A stretch of 32,000 nt of DNA from Dickeya solani IPO 2222 (lineage in GTDB: Bacteria > Pseudomonadota > Gammaproteobacteria > Enterobacterales > Enterobacteriaceae). The notes below the pieces were generated by a model. It was not told the origin of the DNA. It ran no database searches and saw only the letters and a list, made by a program, of their open reading frames with translations. The DNA is taken from assembly GCF_001644705.1 (NCBI RefSeq), contig NZ_CP015137.1, positions 1,110,001 to 1,142,000 on the forward strand. The letters are read 5' to 3'. The translations under genes were made by a program, and so were the position numbers. Each line of letters starts with the position of its first letter. Positions within the stretch are counted from its first letter, which is position 1. Positions 9,978-19,262 of the stretch are shown here, piece after piece.

Positions 9978-10643
9978 ATGCATTACCGCGACCAATCATT
10001 AGGCGAACTGGCCATCACCATCCCGCGCGCTACCGCGCTGTTTCGTGAATTCAACCTCGATTTCTGCTGTGGCGGCAAACAGACGCTACTGCGCGCCGCC
10101 AGTAAACAGGCGCTGGATATCGAGATACTGGAATCGCGCCTGGCCGATCTGGCCGCGCAGCCGTCAACGGAAAAAGACTGGCAGCAGGCGTCGCTGGGCG
10201 AGATGATCCAGCACATCATCAGCCGTTTCCACGATCGTCACCGTGAGCAGTTGCCGGAATTGATCCGGATGGCCGAAAAAGTAGAGCGCGTGCACCACGA
10301 CAAACCGGCCTGCCCGCACGGACTGACCAATCAACTGATGCTGATTCACGACGATCTGGCGCAGCACATGATGAAAGAAGAGCGGATTCTGTTCCCGATG
10401 ATTCAGTCCGGTATGGGTGCGCAAGCTGGCGGACCGATTTCGATGATGGAACACGAACACGATGACGCCGGTCAGCAACTGGAAGTGGTCAAAACCATCA
10501 CCAACAACGTTACGCCGCCAGACAATGCCTGCACCACCTGGCGGGCGCTGTATACCGGTATCAACGAGTTTATCGACGACCTGATGGAGCACATCCATCT
10601 GGAAAACAACCAGCTGTTCCCACGAGCGCTGCGAGGCGAGTAA
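9978..10643 (+). CDS. ytfE: Iron-sulfur cluster repair di-iron protein YtfE (RIC)
   Basis: The 221-aa product starts [37 protein letters not shown]. It is colinear with E. coli YtfE and ends [14 protein letters not shown]. Confidence 0.95.
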   Translation: MHYRDQSLGELAITIPRATALFREFNLDFCCGGKQTLLRAASKQALDIEILESRLADLAAQPSTEKDWQQASLGEMIQHIISRFHDRHREQLPELIRMAEKVERVHHDKPACPHGLTNQLMLIHDDLAQHMMKEERILFPMIQSGMGAQAGGPISMMEHEHDDAGQQLEVVKTITNNVTPPDNACTTWRALYTGINEFIDDLMEHIHLENNQLFPRALRGE

Positions 10644-10693
10644 CGACCGTTGTCCGTTGCCGATTGGTCGTCATCACACCCACAGCAACAATC

Positions 10694-10714
10694 ACCACCT
10701 CCCGAGGAGGTGGT
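10694..10714 (+). other. Perfect 9-bp hairpin (ACCACCTCC-cga-GGAGGTGGT) in the ytfE 3' UTR
   Basis: I saw this directly in the sequence. It pairs an SD-like GGAGG with CCTCC. No U-tract follows, and the real terminator comes at 10732. Confidence 0.5.
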
Positions 10715-10731
10715 TTAGGGCTGACAATAAA

Positions 10732-10756
10732 AAACCGCGCCGTACTGGCGCGGTTT
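10732..10756. terminator. Bidirectional terminator between ytfE (+) and the DUF2502 gene (-)
   Basis: The stem pairs AAACCGCGCC with GGCGCGGTTT around the loop GTACT. It is flanked by an A-run upstream and a T-rich run downstream. Confidence 0.8.
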
Positions 10757-10788
10757 CTGTTTGGCTTCTTTGCCATCAACCCTCTGGG

Positions 10789-11139
10789 TTACCAACGCGG
10801 ACCACCGCGATGATGACCCCAGCCCCATCCTGGACCAGGGCCGCCCGGACCGGGACCGGGTACAACATAAACCGGCTGCGGGGGTTCAACGATCACAACA
10901 CGTGGCTGGGGTGGCGGTGCGTAGTAATAAACCTGGCGGGCATGATGGTGTCGACGCGCATACCAGCTGTCTGGATCGCACCAACGATCGCCGTCCCAGT
11001 AATAGCCACGATCGTCACGATCGCCGATGTCAAGATGCACACCCGGCAGTGCCAGACTCAGGCTGTTGGCCTGTGCGGCGGGTATCGCCGACAACAGTAC
11101 GCCCGTCATCATGGCACCCAATAAAAGTGGCTTAATCAT
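10789..11139 (-). CDS. Secreted DUF2502 (YaaX-like) protein with a Pro/Gly/His/Trp-rich tail
   Basis: The start at 11139 is preceded by GAGG. The signal peptide is MIKPLLLGAMMTGVLLSAIPAAQA. The motif LDIGDRDDRGYYWDGDRW matches the IGDRDNRGYYWDG core I recall from E. coli YaaX/DUF2502. Confidence 0.75.
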   Translation of the reverse strand: MIKPLLLGAMMTGVLLSAIPAAQANSLSLALPGVHLDIGDRDDRGYYWDGDRWCDPDSWYARRHHHARQVYYYAPPPQPRVVIVEPPQPVYVVPGPGPGGPGPGWGWGHHRGGPRW

Positions 11140-11436
11140 AATGCTAACCTCTGCTTCACCGCGATGCGGCGGATGACTCACTTATACGGCGCGCCACCAT
11201 TAGCTGCTATCAGAAAATGGCTAAATATTAATACCTTCAGGAAAGCAATTCAGGTTTGGCGTCGCTTGTCGAAGTCAGCATAACGGAGCAATCGTCAGGC
11301 CGCCTTTACCAGGTGTATCGAGTGGTTACACACAACACGGGATCAGCAAACCGGCACGGCTTGCCAGGTTGATGAAAAACGATGGGGCTAGTGTGGCTAA
11401 CGCTATGACGGATCAGGAAAAAACATGCGAGGTCAG

Positions 11437-11469
11437 GAAAAAGCATGCCGGGTCACGATGTACCCGGCA
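11437..11469 (-). terminator. fklB rho-independent terminator
   Basis: On the minus strand the sequence is TGCCGGGT-acatcgtg-ACCCGGCA followed by TGCTTTTT. It starts 8 nt after the fklB stop. Confidence 0.8.
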
Positions 11470-11476
11470 GCGAAAC

Positions 11477-12097
11477 TTACAGGATTTCCAGCAGTTCCAC
11501 TTCAAAAATCAGCGTGCTGAACGGCGGGATGGACGCGCCCGCGCCACGTTCGCCATACGCCAGATTTTGAGGAATATAGAGTTCCCATTTCGAACCGACC
11601 GGCATCAGCGTCAGCGCTTCGATCCACCCCGGAATCACGCCGCTAACCGGGAATTCCGCCGGCTGGCCACGCTGCACCGAACTGTCGAACACGGTGCCGT
11701 CAATCAGGCGACCGGTATAGTGAACCCGAACCCGATCCTGACGCGCCGGGATCGCACCTTCGCCCTGCGTCAGCACACGGAACTGCAGGCCGGTTTCGGT
11801 GCTGCTAACGCCGTCTTTGCCGGCGTTGTCTTCCAGAAAGCGCTGACCTTCCGCCGCCTGCTCACGCTGACGCTCAAGACGCACCGCATCCGCCCGCTCA
11901 TGCACTTCACGCAACGCACGATGTACCACATCAACCGGCACCACAGGCGCTTTTCCTTCCAGCGCATCGCACAGCCCCGCTACCAGCGCATCGGGGATCA
12001 ACCCCTCCAGACCGGATTCCTGCAGTTGTTGACCAATCTGCAGGCCAATGCCGTAGCTTGCCTGTGCTTCGACGCTGTCATAAGAAGGCGTTGTCAT
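11477..12097 (-). CDS. fklB: FKBP-type peptidyl-prolyl cis-trans isomerase FklB
   Basis: The start at 12097 is preceded by AGAGGAA. The 206-aa product [25 protein letters not shown]... has the same length as E. coli FklB and ends [13 protein letters not shown]. The ORF-track start at 12136 is an over-extension. Confidence 0.95.
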   Translation of the reverse strand: MTTPSYDSVEAQASYGIGLQIGQQLQESGLEGLIPDALVAGLCDALEGKAPVVPVDVVHRALREVHERADAVRLERQREQAAEGQRFLEDNAGKDGVSSTETGLQFRVLTQGEGAIPARQDRVRVHYTGRLIDGTVFDSSVQRGQPAEFPVSGVIPGWIEALTLMPVGSKWELYIPQNLAYGERGAGASIPPFSTLIFEVELLEIL

Positions 12098-12323
12098 GAA
12101 TGTTCCTCTAATCTGTAAAATACGAAAGCGCAGCATAGCAGCGAGTCGATTGAGGGTAAAACGTTCTGTCGCGATCTCACCGCCTTGCCGGTCGACGGTG
12201 CGTCAAACCGCTCACGTTTGCGGCGCCGGTATTCAATGACGATGACCTTAACTGGTTATCTGTCGTTGATTACCGATATAATTAGGTTGTTTTCACCTTT
12301 ATACGGTTCTAAGAGAGGTCACC

Positions 12324-13028
12324 ATGGGCAGAATCGCGCCCAGGAGAAAGCAATCCACCTGGAATCACCTGACGCTATGGCAGTCCTGCCAGAACTGGCT
12401 GGCCCAATGGCGTCAACGCAAGGACATTCCCGGTGAACCGGAAGAAAGCGCAGATGAAGCGGAGACGGTTATCCCGGCCCCCGCTCCACGCCGCAGGCAT
12501 CGCAGACAGCTATCCTGGCTGCGGACGCTTTGGCATCTGCCGGATGATTTCAGCTGGATGGAACCGCTGCCCTATTTTCACCGTCGTTGTATTCTGATTT
12601 TGCTGTGTTTGCTGTTGCTGGTGCTGCTGTGGCCGTCCCCACCAGCCCCTGCGCCTTCTCGTCAGATAGACGTGCCGCTCAGCTCGCAGACCGCGCCGAT
12701 ACAGGCGCAACTGGTGGACCCCGCCGCCACCGCCAGCCAGACGCCGCGCCCGGCGACGTCTGGCGCCAACTGGCAATCCTATCAGATCGCGTCCGGCCAG
12801 ACGCTGGCCCAGCTATTCCGCGACAACAGCCTTCCCGTCAACGATGTCTTCGCCATGGCGCAGGTGGAAGGACAAAACAAGCCGCTCAGCAATCTGCGGG
12901 CCGGGCAAAAAGTCCGGCTACAGCTCAATACGCAAGGTATGGTGAGCCAGCTTGAGATCGACACCCCGGACGGTCAACAGGTACAGTTCGTTCGCCAGCA
13001 GGATGGTTCTTTCATCCGCATTCGCTGA
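12324..13028 (+). CDS. ytfB: YtfB, OapA-family (LysM-like/OapA domain) cell-division-associated membrane protein
   Basis: The RBS AGAGAGG precedes the ATG. WHLPDDFSWMEPLPYFHRR is followed by a TM segment. The C-terminal part WQSYQIASGQTLAQLFRDNSLPVNDVFAMAQVEGQNKPLSNL...DGSFIRIR is colinear with E. coli YtfB. The gene is divergent from fklB, as in E. coli. Confidence 0.88.
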   Translation: MGRIAPRRKQSTWNHLTLWQSCQNWLAQWRQRKDIPGEPEESADEAETVIPAPAPRRRHRRQLSWLRTLWHLPDDFSWMEPLPYFHRRCILILLCLLLLVLLWPSPPAPAPSRQIDVPLSSQTAPIQAQLVDPAATASQTPRPATSGANWQSYQIASGQTLAQLFRDNSLPVNDVFAMAQVEGQNKPLSNLRAGQKVRLQLNTQGMVSQLEIDTPDGQQVQFVRQQDGSFIRIR

Positions 13029-13386
13029 GCGCTGACTGTTCTATCAGAAAATCACGCAACACCATCGCATGATTCCGCTCCTTATCCCGGCTGCCATACA
13101 GCAGGGTTATCGGCTGCGACTGACGCAGTAACGCCACCAGCGGCTGCCACGCGGTATGTTGACGCAGCTCCGCACGGTACATCCCGACAAAAGTGTCCCA
13201 TTGCACCGGATTAGCATGAAACCAGCGCCGTAATTCATGGCCTGGCGCGACGTCTTTCAGCCAAACGACGCCGGGCAGACGGCTTTTGGCTATGCCGCGC
13301 GGCCACAGTCGGTCGACCAGAAATACCGAATGTTCAGGAAGAGGCGGTATGTCATAGACGCGCACCAGCCGGATCAATTCTGTCAT
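13012..13386 (-). CDS. DUF488 (YeaO-like) protein
   Basis: The start at 13386 gives MTELIRLVRVYD...FLVDRLWPRGIAKS...ITLLYGSRDKERNHAMVLRDFL, which matches the YeaO/DUF488 pattern (VDRLWPRGI, LLY..K....NHA.VL). Its 3' end overlaps the ytfB 3' end by 17 bp. Confidence 0.8.
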   Translation of the reverse strand: MTELIRLVRVYDIPPLPEHSVFLVDRLWPRGIAKSRLPGVVWLKDVAPGHELRRWFHANPVQWDTFVGMYRAELRQHTAWQPLVALLRQSQPITLLYGSRDKERNHAMVLRDFLIEQSALSECG

Positions 13387-13525
13387 GTCATGTCCCCCGG
13401 TTATCGTGCTCCATGATAGCCCCCGTTTCACAGACTGTCTCGCCTATACCGACCTCCCCCGGATCGTCTTAACGATCCATTTCGCGCAAAAAACCCTTGA
13501 CAGGATCTCCGTATTTGATAAAAAC

Positions 13526-13550
13526 TGCAAACGTTCCCGCAAACGTTTTA
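13526..13550 (+). promoter_or_regulatory. Operator-like tandem GCAAACGTT motif (LacI/PurR-type half-sites) upstream of the DHDPS-like gene
   Basis: The site reads TGCAAACGTTcccGCAAACGTTTTA. Each copy has a central CG and matches the left half of PurR/LacI-family boxes (GCAAACGTTTGC type). TTGACA sits 23 nt upstream. An identical 25-mer occurs inverted at 21041-21065. Confidence 0.55.
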
Positions 13551-13665
13551 CAAGAAAAATACCCTACAGGAAAAAGAGGACGTTATGAAAGAAATCACTA
13601 TCGATTTACGTGGTCTGAACCCGGCGCCGATCACCCCCTTCACCCGCGATGGCGCGGTGGATTAC
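13526..13665 (+). repeat. Left arm of a 140-bp inverted repeat (operator, RBS and first 27 codons of the DHDPS-like gene)
   Basis: It is the reverse complement of 20926-21065, with only a handful of mismatches in my by-eye alignment (for example ccggcgccg versus ccacctacg). Confidence 0.85.
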
Positions 13666-14520
13666 ACCGCCTGTAAAAAACTGGGCGCCTGGCTGGCCGG
13701 CATCGACGGCGTCAAGAGCCTGACCGTACTGGGTCACGCCGGGGAAGGCACCTTCCTGTCCCAGGATGAACAGATGAAAGTGATTGAAGCCTTCGCAGAA
13801 TCCGTGAACGGCGCCATTCCCATCATCGCCGGCATCACGCTGGAAGGCACCGCGGTGGCGGTGGAGGAAGCCAAACGGGCCATCAAGGCCGGTGCATCCG
13901 CCGGTCTGTTGTATCCGTCGCACGGCTGGCTGCGTTTCGGCTACCAGAAAGGCGCGCCGCAGGACAAATACCGTCAGGTGTACGAAGAGAGCGGGCTGCC
14001 GCTGATTCTGTTCCAGTACCCGGATGCCACCAAATGCACCTACAGCCTGGAGACGCTGCTGGATATCGCCGCGCAGCCCGGCGTGTTCGCGATGAAGAAC
14101 GGCGTGCGCAACATGCGCCGCTGGGACACGGAAATTCCGGTCATCCGCCGGGAGCGTCCGGAGCTGCAAATCCTGAGCTGTCATGACGAATACCTGCTGT
14201 CGACGGTCTTTGACGTGGACGGTCTTCTGGTGGGATACGGCAATATCGCGCCGGAGCTGCTGGTGGAGATGATTAAGGCGGGGAAAGCGAAGGATTACGC
14301 GAAGGCGCGGGCCATCCACGACCGTCTGCTGCCGGTGACGAAGAGCGTCTACCACCGGGGTTCGCATATGGAAGGGACGGTGGCGCTGAAGCACGCACTG
14401 GTGGAAAGGGGGATTCTGGAGCACGCCACGGTGCGTTCGCCGTTGATGCCGCTGGAGGCGGGAGCGGAAGAGGAAATCAAGGCGGCTATCCGGGCGGCTG
14501 AACTGCCTCGCGTTGGCTGA
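13585..14520 (+). CDS. Dihydrodipicolinate synthase (DHDPS/NAL) family class I aldolase or dehydratase; substrate unknown
   Basis: The 311-aa product has GHAGEGTFLS (the GTTGE-like motif), LFQYP (the catalytic Tyr region) and FAMKNG (a candidate Schiff-base Lys). The RBS AAGAGGA is 6 nt upstream of the ATG. It is not the housekeeping dapA by context. Confidence 0.8.
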   Translation: MKEITIDLRGLNPAPITPFTRDGAVDYTACKKLGAWLAGIDGVKSLTVLGHAGEGTFLSQDEQMKVIEAFAESVNGAIPIIAGITLEGTAVAVEEAKRAIKAGASAGLLYPSHGWLRFGYQKGAPQDKYRQVYEESGLPLILFQYPDATKCTYSLETLLDIAAQPGVFAMKNGVRNMRRWDTEIPVIRRERPELQILSCHDEYLLSTVFDVDGLLVGYGNIAPELLVEMIKAGKAKDYAKARAIHDRLLPVTKSVYHRGSHMEGTVALKHALVERGILEHATVRSPLMPLEAGAEEEIKAAIRAAELPRVG

Positions 14521-14536
14521 TTAGTCCCCCTTGTTC

Positions 14537-14572
14537 TGCCACGGTGCCGAGAATCACACAGGCGCCGTGGCA
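14537..14572 (+). other. 12-bp stem-loop just 3' of the DHDPS-like gene (no U-tract)
   Basis: TGCCACGGTGCC (14537-14548) pairs with GGCGCCGTGGCA (14561-14572) with one G-U pair and a 12-nt loop. It could be an mRNA 3' stabiliser or a weak terminator. Confidence 0.4.
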
Positions 14573-14948
14573 TATGCCAGGCTGTGACCACACCGCCGTT
14601 ACCACGCACTATGTTCTGGTTCACACATCATCAGACGCACAGATCTCATCGACGGCCGCTATCATTATCCAGCGGATTAACTCAGGCTGCTCCCGTCAAT
14701 AACCCGTATTGCGGGCACAGACCGAAATGCCAAAAACATAGCTAATTCATCTGAGCCACTCCATAATAATCGCATGCAAAACAGGCGATAAAATATCCGC
14801 TCCCCAGACAGCCCGGTGTTGCCGACATGACGGTAACAGCAATCTTGCCGCACGGCCCATGCCGTTGGCGGCGTCTGAACCTAAGACGGTTTAACGCAAC
14901 TGCGGCGTCTGGCTGGGAATGCCCACATTGATTAACCCTAAGGATGAC

Positions 14949-15995
14949 ATGGATTCAAACGCATTTTCGCAGCACGGCGCAAACCGGAAACTAAGCAATA
15001 AGCCCGTCACTCTGCAAGATGTGGCGACGGTGGCAGGCGTCAGTGTTTCTACCGTGTCCCGGGTACTGGACGAACGCCTGCCGCCGTCGCGCAGCAAAAC
15101 CGCTGAGCGGGTTCGGCAAGTCGCACAGGAACTGGGATATCGCCGGGATATTATGGCCTCCAGCTTGCGCCGCGGCGGCACCGGCACCATCGGCGTACTG
15201 GTGCCGCGCCTGAGCGACATGGTGATGGCGTTGCTGTATGAAGCCATTTTCCGGGCAGCGGAAAAACAGGGTTATTTCACGATCGTCGCCACCTGCGGCG
15301 ATGATCCCGCGCAGGAAAAAGCGGCGGTGGAATCGCTGCTCGACAGACGGGTTGACGGACTGATTCTGGCGACCAGCCGACTCGATGACCGTCTGCCTGC
15401 CGAGTTGCGTCAGCAACAGATTCCCCACTCGCTGGTACTGCGTACCGACGGTATCAGCCGTTCTGCCATCGGCAACGATGAGCAAGGCGGTTATCTGGCC
15501 ACCCGGCATCTGATCGATTTAGGCCATCGGGATATCGGCCTGATTGCCGGACCCAACTTCACATCGGGCGCGCGCGATCGTCGTTTGGGCTTCCAGCGCG
15601 CCATGCAGGAAGCGGGCTTATCGATACGGCCCGAGTGGATTAAAGAATCCGGCTTCGGCATTGAATCCGGGGAAGCGAAAGGATTGGAACTGCTCACGCC
15701 CGCGCATCGGCCCAGCGCCATTTTCGCTATTAACGACGATCTGGCGATAGGCGTCATGGCTGCCGCGCATCGTGTCGGCCTGACGCTCGGTCAGGATCTG
15801 TCACTGGTGGGATACAACGATATTCCGCTGGTGGCGCGTCTGCCGGTGCCGTTGTCTTCGGTACACATCCCGCTGGATCACATCGCTTCGCTGGCGGTAG
15901 AACTGCTGCTTTCCGCTTCAGACGGCAATGAGCCAATCCGCCGGGTTATCCCCAGCCTGATCCCCAGAAGCTCCAGCGCACCGTTCAACCGCTAA
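14949..15995 (+). CDS. LacI-family transcriptional regulator
   Basis: It has an N-terminal HTH (VTLQDVATVAGVSVSTVSRVLD) and a periplasmic-binding-protein-like sugar-binding core (GVLVPRLSD..., VDGLILA, FAINDDLAIGV). I prefer ATG 14949 (AAGGA upstream) over ATG 14919 (no RBS), but the start is not certain. Confidence 0.85.
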   Translation: MDSNAFSQHGANRKLSNKPVTLQDVATVAGVSVSTVSRVLDERLPPSRSKTAERVRQVAQELGYRRDIMASSLRRGGTGTIGVLVPRLSDMVMALLYEAIFRAAEKQGYFTIVATCGDDPAQEKAAVESLLDRRVDGLILATSRLDDRLPAELRQQQIPHSLVLRTDGISRSAIGNDEQGGYLATRHLIDLGHRDIGLIAGPNFTSGARDRRLGFQRAMQEAGLSIRPEWIKESGFGIESGEAKGLELLTPAHRPSAIFAINDDLAIGVMAAAHRVGLTLGQDLSLVGYNDIPLVARLPVPLSSVHIPLDHIASLAVELLLSASDGNEPIRRVIPSLIPRSSSAPFNR

Positions 15996-16040
15996 TCGCG
16001 TTGCCGGCATCGCGTTCGGCGCATGGCGGCGCAAACCGCG

Positions 16041-16070
16041 CCGGTCACCCTGCTTAACCGGGGTGACCGG
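16041..16070. terminator. Perfect 10-bp hairpin between the convergent LacI-family gene and MCP
   Basis: CCGGTCACCC (16041-16050) pairs with GGGTGACCGG (16061-16070) around a 10-nt loop. Only a weak T-run follows. Confidence 0.5.
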
Positions 16071-16076
16071 CCGGAT

Positions 16077-17966
16077 TTACGACAATAATCGCCGTGCCGC
16101 TATCCTTGTGGTCTGGTGATAGCCGTCTTCTTCCCGATCCTCTTCACCTTCAGGCAAATGAAAGACCGCAATCAGTTCCGCCAAGCGAGCCACCTGTTCT
16201 TCCAGCGCGTTTGCTGCGGATGACGACTCATGCACCATCGACGCATTTTGCTGGATGGTCGAATCCATCTCCGTCACCGCACTACCGATTTGTGAAATAC
16301 CGCGGCTCTGTTCATCTGAAGCGGTAGAAATTTCACTCATCAGCGTGTTGACCGAACCGACCGCCGCCACGATCTCCTCCATCGTCGAACCTGCACGAGC
16401 AACCAGCGCCGTACCGGCATCCACACGGGAAACCGACTCGGTAATCAACGCTTCAATCTCTTTGGCCGCCTGAGAACTGCGCTGAGCCAGACTACGAACC
16501 TCACTGGCCACAACAGCGAACCCGCGGCCCTGCTCGCCGGCCCGCGCCGCTTCCACAGCGGCATTCAGCGCCAGAATATTGGTCTGAAAAGCGATGCTGT
16601 TAATCACCGAGGTAATATCGGAAATCTTTTTAGAGCTGCCGGAAATCTCGGACATGGTGCTGACGACTTTCCTGATGATATCGCCCCCTTTGTTGGCAAT
16701 ATCGGACGCCTGACCGGTGATTTGACTCGCGTGGCGAGCGTTATCCGCGTTGTTTTTCACCGTTGAGGTTAACTGTTCCATGCTGGCCGCCGTTTCCACA
16801 ATCGCGCTAGACTGCTGCTCCGTTCTTGACGACAGATCGCTGTTGCCTGCGGCGATGGCGGTTGATGCGTGGGCTACCTGGTTGACGCTTTTGCGAATAT
16901 CCCTCACCAGTGTGCGTAGCCGTAATGTCATCCCCATCATCGCGGCCGTCAGCATTCCCAGTTCATCGTGGCGTTCCACCGTCACCGACGTCGACAGATC
17001 GCCGTCGGCAATGGTTTCCGCCAGTTTCAGGTTGGACATGATAGAACGGGTGATCAGCCGCGTTACCGACCAGGCAATCAGCAAACCAAACAGTACCGCC
17101 AGCACGCCCAGCACCACCACCTGCAGCACCGCGCTATTGATCACCGAACTGTTTTTCGCATCGATACTGCCGACAATATTGGCGATATCGGCAGTAATCT
17201 TGTCGCCGGTAATCCGAAATTTCGCATCGGAGTCTTTAAGACGGGTTAAATTATCAACATATTGCATCGCCGCCTGGCTGTAACTGGCCATATATTTATC
17301 TACATCGGCCAGCTTACTTTTTCGCTCGCTATCGACAGCGGCAGAAAAATCAGCATAGATCTTGCGGACGTCATCATAGTTTGACTGCAAGGTTTTCAGC
17401 GAATCCGTGCTGCCCAACCGCTGCAAACTTTGCATACTATTCGCCAGTTTGAAAAATGCCAGCAGGGTATTATCGCGTTTTGCCAGCAATTCGGTTTCAT
17501 CCGGTTTTAATGGCAGACTTCCCGTAAAACGAGCCAGCATATCCCCCTTATCAAGGGCATCGATGGCTTTACTCGCTTCCTTCACTTTATTCAATGCCAT
17601 TTTCAAATTATCCAGATCTTGCCAATACTGTTTCATATCCTGATCCAGACTATTGAAGTAGTCGCTATATTCATTTCCCCATATCAGCGTTTTGGCCTTA
17701 TTAATTTGATCTACGATTTGATTATTATATTTAACTAGATTAGTCAGGTTTGTTTCATCGAATGAGAAGAAATACTTTATTCTCGCAATTTTTGACTGAT
17801 CAAGATAATGATTCATGTCATTCATTATTATTGTTTTCACATAGAGGTCACGAATAATAAAGAAACGAACCGCACCAAACCCTGAGGCCAAAATTACCAG
17901 CATAAGCACAATGGCAAATCCGCCATACAGTTTATGTGACACTTTCATTTTATTTATAAATTTCAT
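16077..17966 (-). CDS. Methyl-accepting chemotaxis protein with a ~245-aa, apparently all-helical periplasmic sensor (HBM-like?)
   Basis: TM1 is [19 protein letters not shown] and TM2 is [22 protein letters not shown]. These are followed by a HAMP domain and the conserved signalling hairpin [42 protein letters not shown] prefer the start at ATG 17966 ([16 protein letters not shown]). The ORF-track start at 18008 is non-ATG and over-extended. Confidence 0.9.
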   Translation of the reverse strand: MKFINKMKVSHKLYGGFAIVLMLVILASGFGAVRFFIIRDLYVKTIIMNDMNHYLDQSKIARIKYFFSFDETNLTNLVKYNNQIVDQINKAKTLIWGNEYSDYFNSLDQDMKQYWQDLDNLKMALNKVKEASKAIDALDKGDMLARFTGSLPLKPDETELLAKRDNTLLAFFKLANSMQSLQRLGSTDSLKTLQSNYDDVRKIYADFSAAVDSERKSKLADVDKYMASYSQAAMQYVDNLTRLKDSDAKFRITGDKITADIANIVGSIDAKNSSVINSAVLQVVVLGVLAVLFGLLIAWSVTRLITRSIMSNLKLAETIADGDLSTSVTVERHDELGMLTAAMMGMTLRLRTLVRDIRKSVNQVAHASTAIAAGNSDLSSRTEQQSSAIVETAASMEQLTSTVKNNADNARHASQITGQASDIANKGGDIIRKVVSTMSEISGSSKKISDITSVINSIAFQTNILALNAAVEAARAGEQGRGFAVVASEVRSLAQRSSQAAKEIEALITESVSRVDAGTALVARAGSTMEEIVAAVGSVNTLMSEISTASDEQSRGISQIGSAVTEMDSTIQQNASMVHESSSAANALEEQVARLAELIAVFHLPEGEEDREEDGYHQTTRIAARRLLS

Positions 17967-18020
17967 TTTTATCCCAACCCTCACCTTCAGCAACAGGAAA
18001 AAAAGCAAATCTTAAAGACA

Positions 18021-18047
18021 TCATCGGCAAGCCGCCAGACACGTTTA
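18021..18047 (-). promoter_or_regulatory. FliA (sigma-28) class III flagellar-type promoter for the island MCP
   Basis: The minus strand reads TAAACGTG-N11-GCCGATGA, against the consensus TAAAGTTT-N11-GCCGATAA. That is 5 of 8 and 7 of 8 matches with exact 11-nt spacing, about 55 nt upstream of ATG 17966. Confidence 0.7.
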
Positions 18048-18301
18048 AAACAGTTTTCTCATTTTGCGCACGCGACTGTAGCATTGAAAAATTCATGCTT
18101 TAAAATATAAAAAATGTGATGCATTTAAAAAAACCACATAAAAAATCAGAATATAGTTCTAAAGATAATGACTCTACACTGTGGCTGGGCGACCCCTAAA
18201 CCTAATAAGCCTCCGCCTTGAATAGGCTAATAACAAGATCGATTGATACTGGCAATTAACAATTCATTCCAGCGTAAGCCATATCATGATGGCGATATCA
18301 C

Positions 18302-19150
18302 TCATGATAGAATAACTTTTTGTTCTACCACATTGTGTAAACAGCCAATTTTCTCTATCTCCACCTCCACAATATCACCGTCATACAGGAATAGCGGCGG
18401 ATTGCGTTTTTTACCTACCCCTCCGGGGGAACCAGTAATAATAACATCGCCGGGTGAAAGCGCACTGAAGGTACTGATATACGCAATCAATGCGGGGATA
18501 GAGTGAATCATACCGGAAGTATTATCATTTTGAACGGTTTGACCATTTAATCGGGTTTGAATACGCAAATTCTGTGGTTGTGGAATTTCATCTCGGGTTA
18601 CCAGCCAGGGGCCAAATGCACCGGTTCGGCACCAGTTTTTCCCGGCGGTAAACCAGCTATGCTGCCAGTCACGCACCGAGCCATCCATATAACAACTGTA
18701 TCCGGCGACATGTTCAAGAGCCTGCGCCACATCAATTTCCCTGCCGGCCTTGCCAATAATAACCGCCAGTTCGCCTTCATAGTCAAACTCGTTGGATTGC
18801 GCCGGCTTGAGCAAGCCGCAATTATGCCCGACCTGAGAGTCTGGGAAACGAATAAATAATGTAGGCGCGGGGTTGGCCTCTCCGAATTCCACTCTTTTTT
18901 CGGCATAGTTCATCCCGACACAGAAAATTTTCCCGGGGTTGTTGATGACGGGTAAAAAGGTGACGTCCTTTTCCTGATAGTCCGCTTTCTCATGCAAAAA
19001 ACGCTGCGCGTCATGCACCCCATTTTCTTTGATCAGCGCCCGTAAATCGGCGTATCGCATTCCCAATCTGGCGCCCAGATCAATAATGCCCGCGTCGACT
19101 TTTAATCCGTAGCTTTCCCTTGAACCAACAATAAAACTCGCTAATTTCAT
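18302..19150 (-). CDS. Fumarylacetoacetate hydrolase (FAH) family protein (acylpyruvase / 2-keto-4-enoate hydratase / diketo-acid hydrolase type)
   Basis: The 282-aa product has the typical FAH-domain layout: KIFCVGMNYAEK, EFDYEGELAVIIGK, MDGSVRDWQ and LSPGDVIITGSPGGVG. The RBS GAGGTG precedes the ATG at 19150. It is visibly more AT-rich than its neighbours. Confidence 0.85.
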   Translation of the reverse strand: MKLASFIVGSRESYGLKVDAGIIDLGARLGMRYADLRALIKENGVHDAQRFLHEKADYQEKDVTFLPVINNPGKIFCVGMNYAEKRVEFGEANPAPTLFIRFPDSQVGHNCGLLKPAQSNEFDYEGELAVIIGKAGREIDVAQALEHVAGYSCYMDGSVRDWQHSWFTAGKNWCRTGAFGPWLVTRDEIPQPQNLRIQTRLNGQTVQNDNTSGMIHSIPALIAYISTFSALSPGDVIITGSPGGVGKKRNPPLFLYDGDIVEVEIEKIGCLHNVVEQKVILS

Positions 19151-19262
19151 TTTTCACCTCGATAACGGATACCGTCTTTGCCAGACCACACGCCGAACCA
19201 GATGGCCTGTTCCACGTACGATTCTGCCCCGCCGAAGCGGGACAAAACGCGATCAGCCCAGG

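Noticed and set aside
18114-18140. An NsrR-like half-site (GATGCATTTAAAA) with flanking ATGTG...CACAT symmetry upstream of the island MCP
   Set aside because: Only the left half resembles AAGATGCATTT, and the partner half matches poorly. The region is AT-rich, so chance matches are likely. It lies about 70 bp upstream of the sigma-28 promoter. I do not call it, but it could be rechecked with an NsrR position weight matrix.
19228-19241. A CCCGC-UUCG-GCGGG hairpin (minus strand) between the MFS and FAH genes
   Set aside because: It is a short 5-bp stem with no U-tract. At most it is an intercistronic RNA-stability element, and there is not enough evidence to call a feature.
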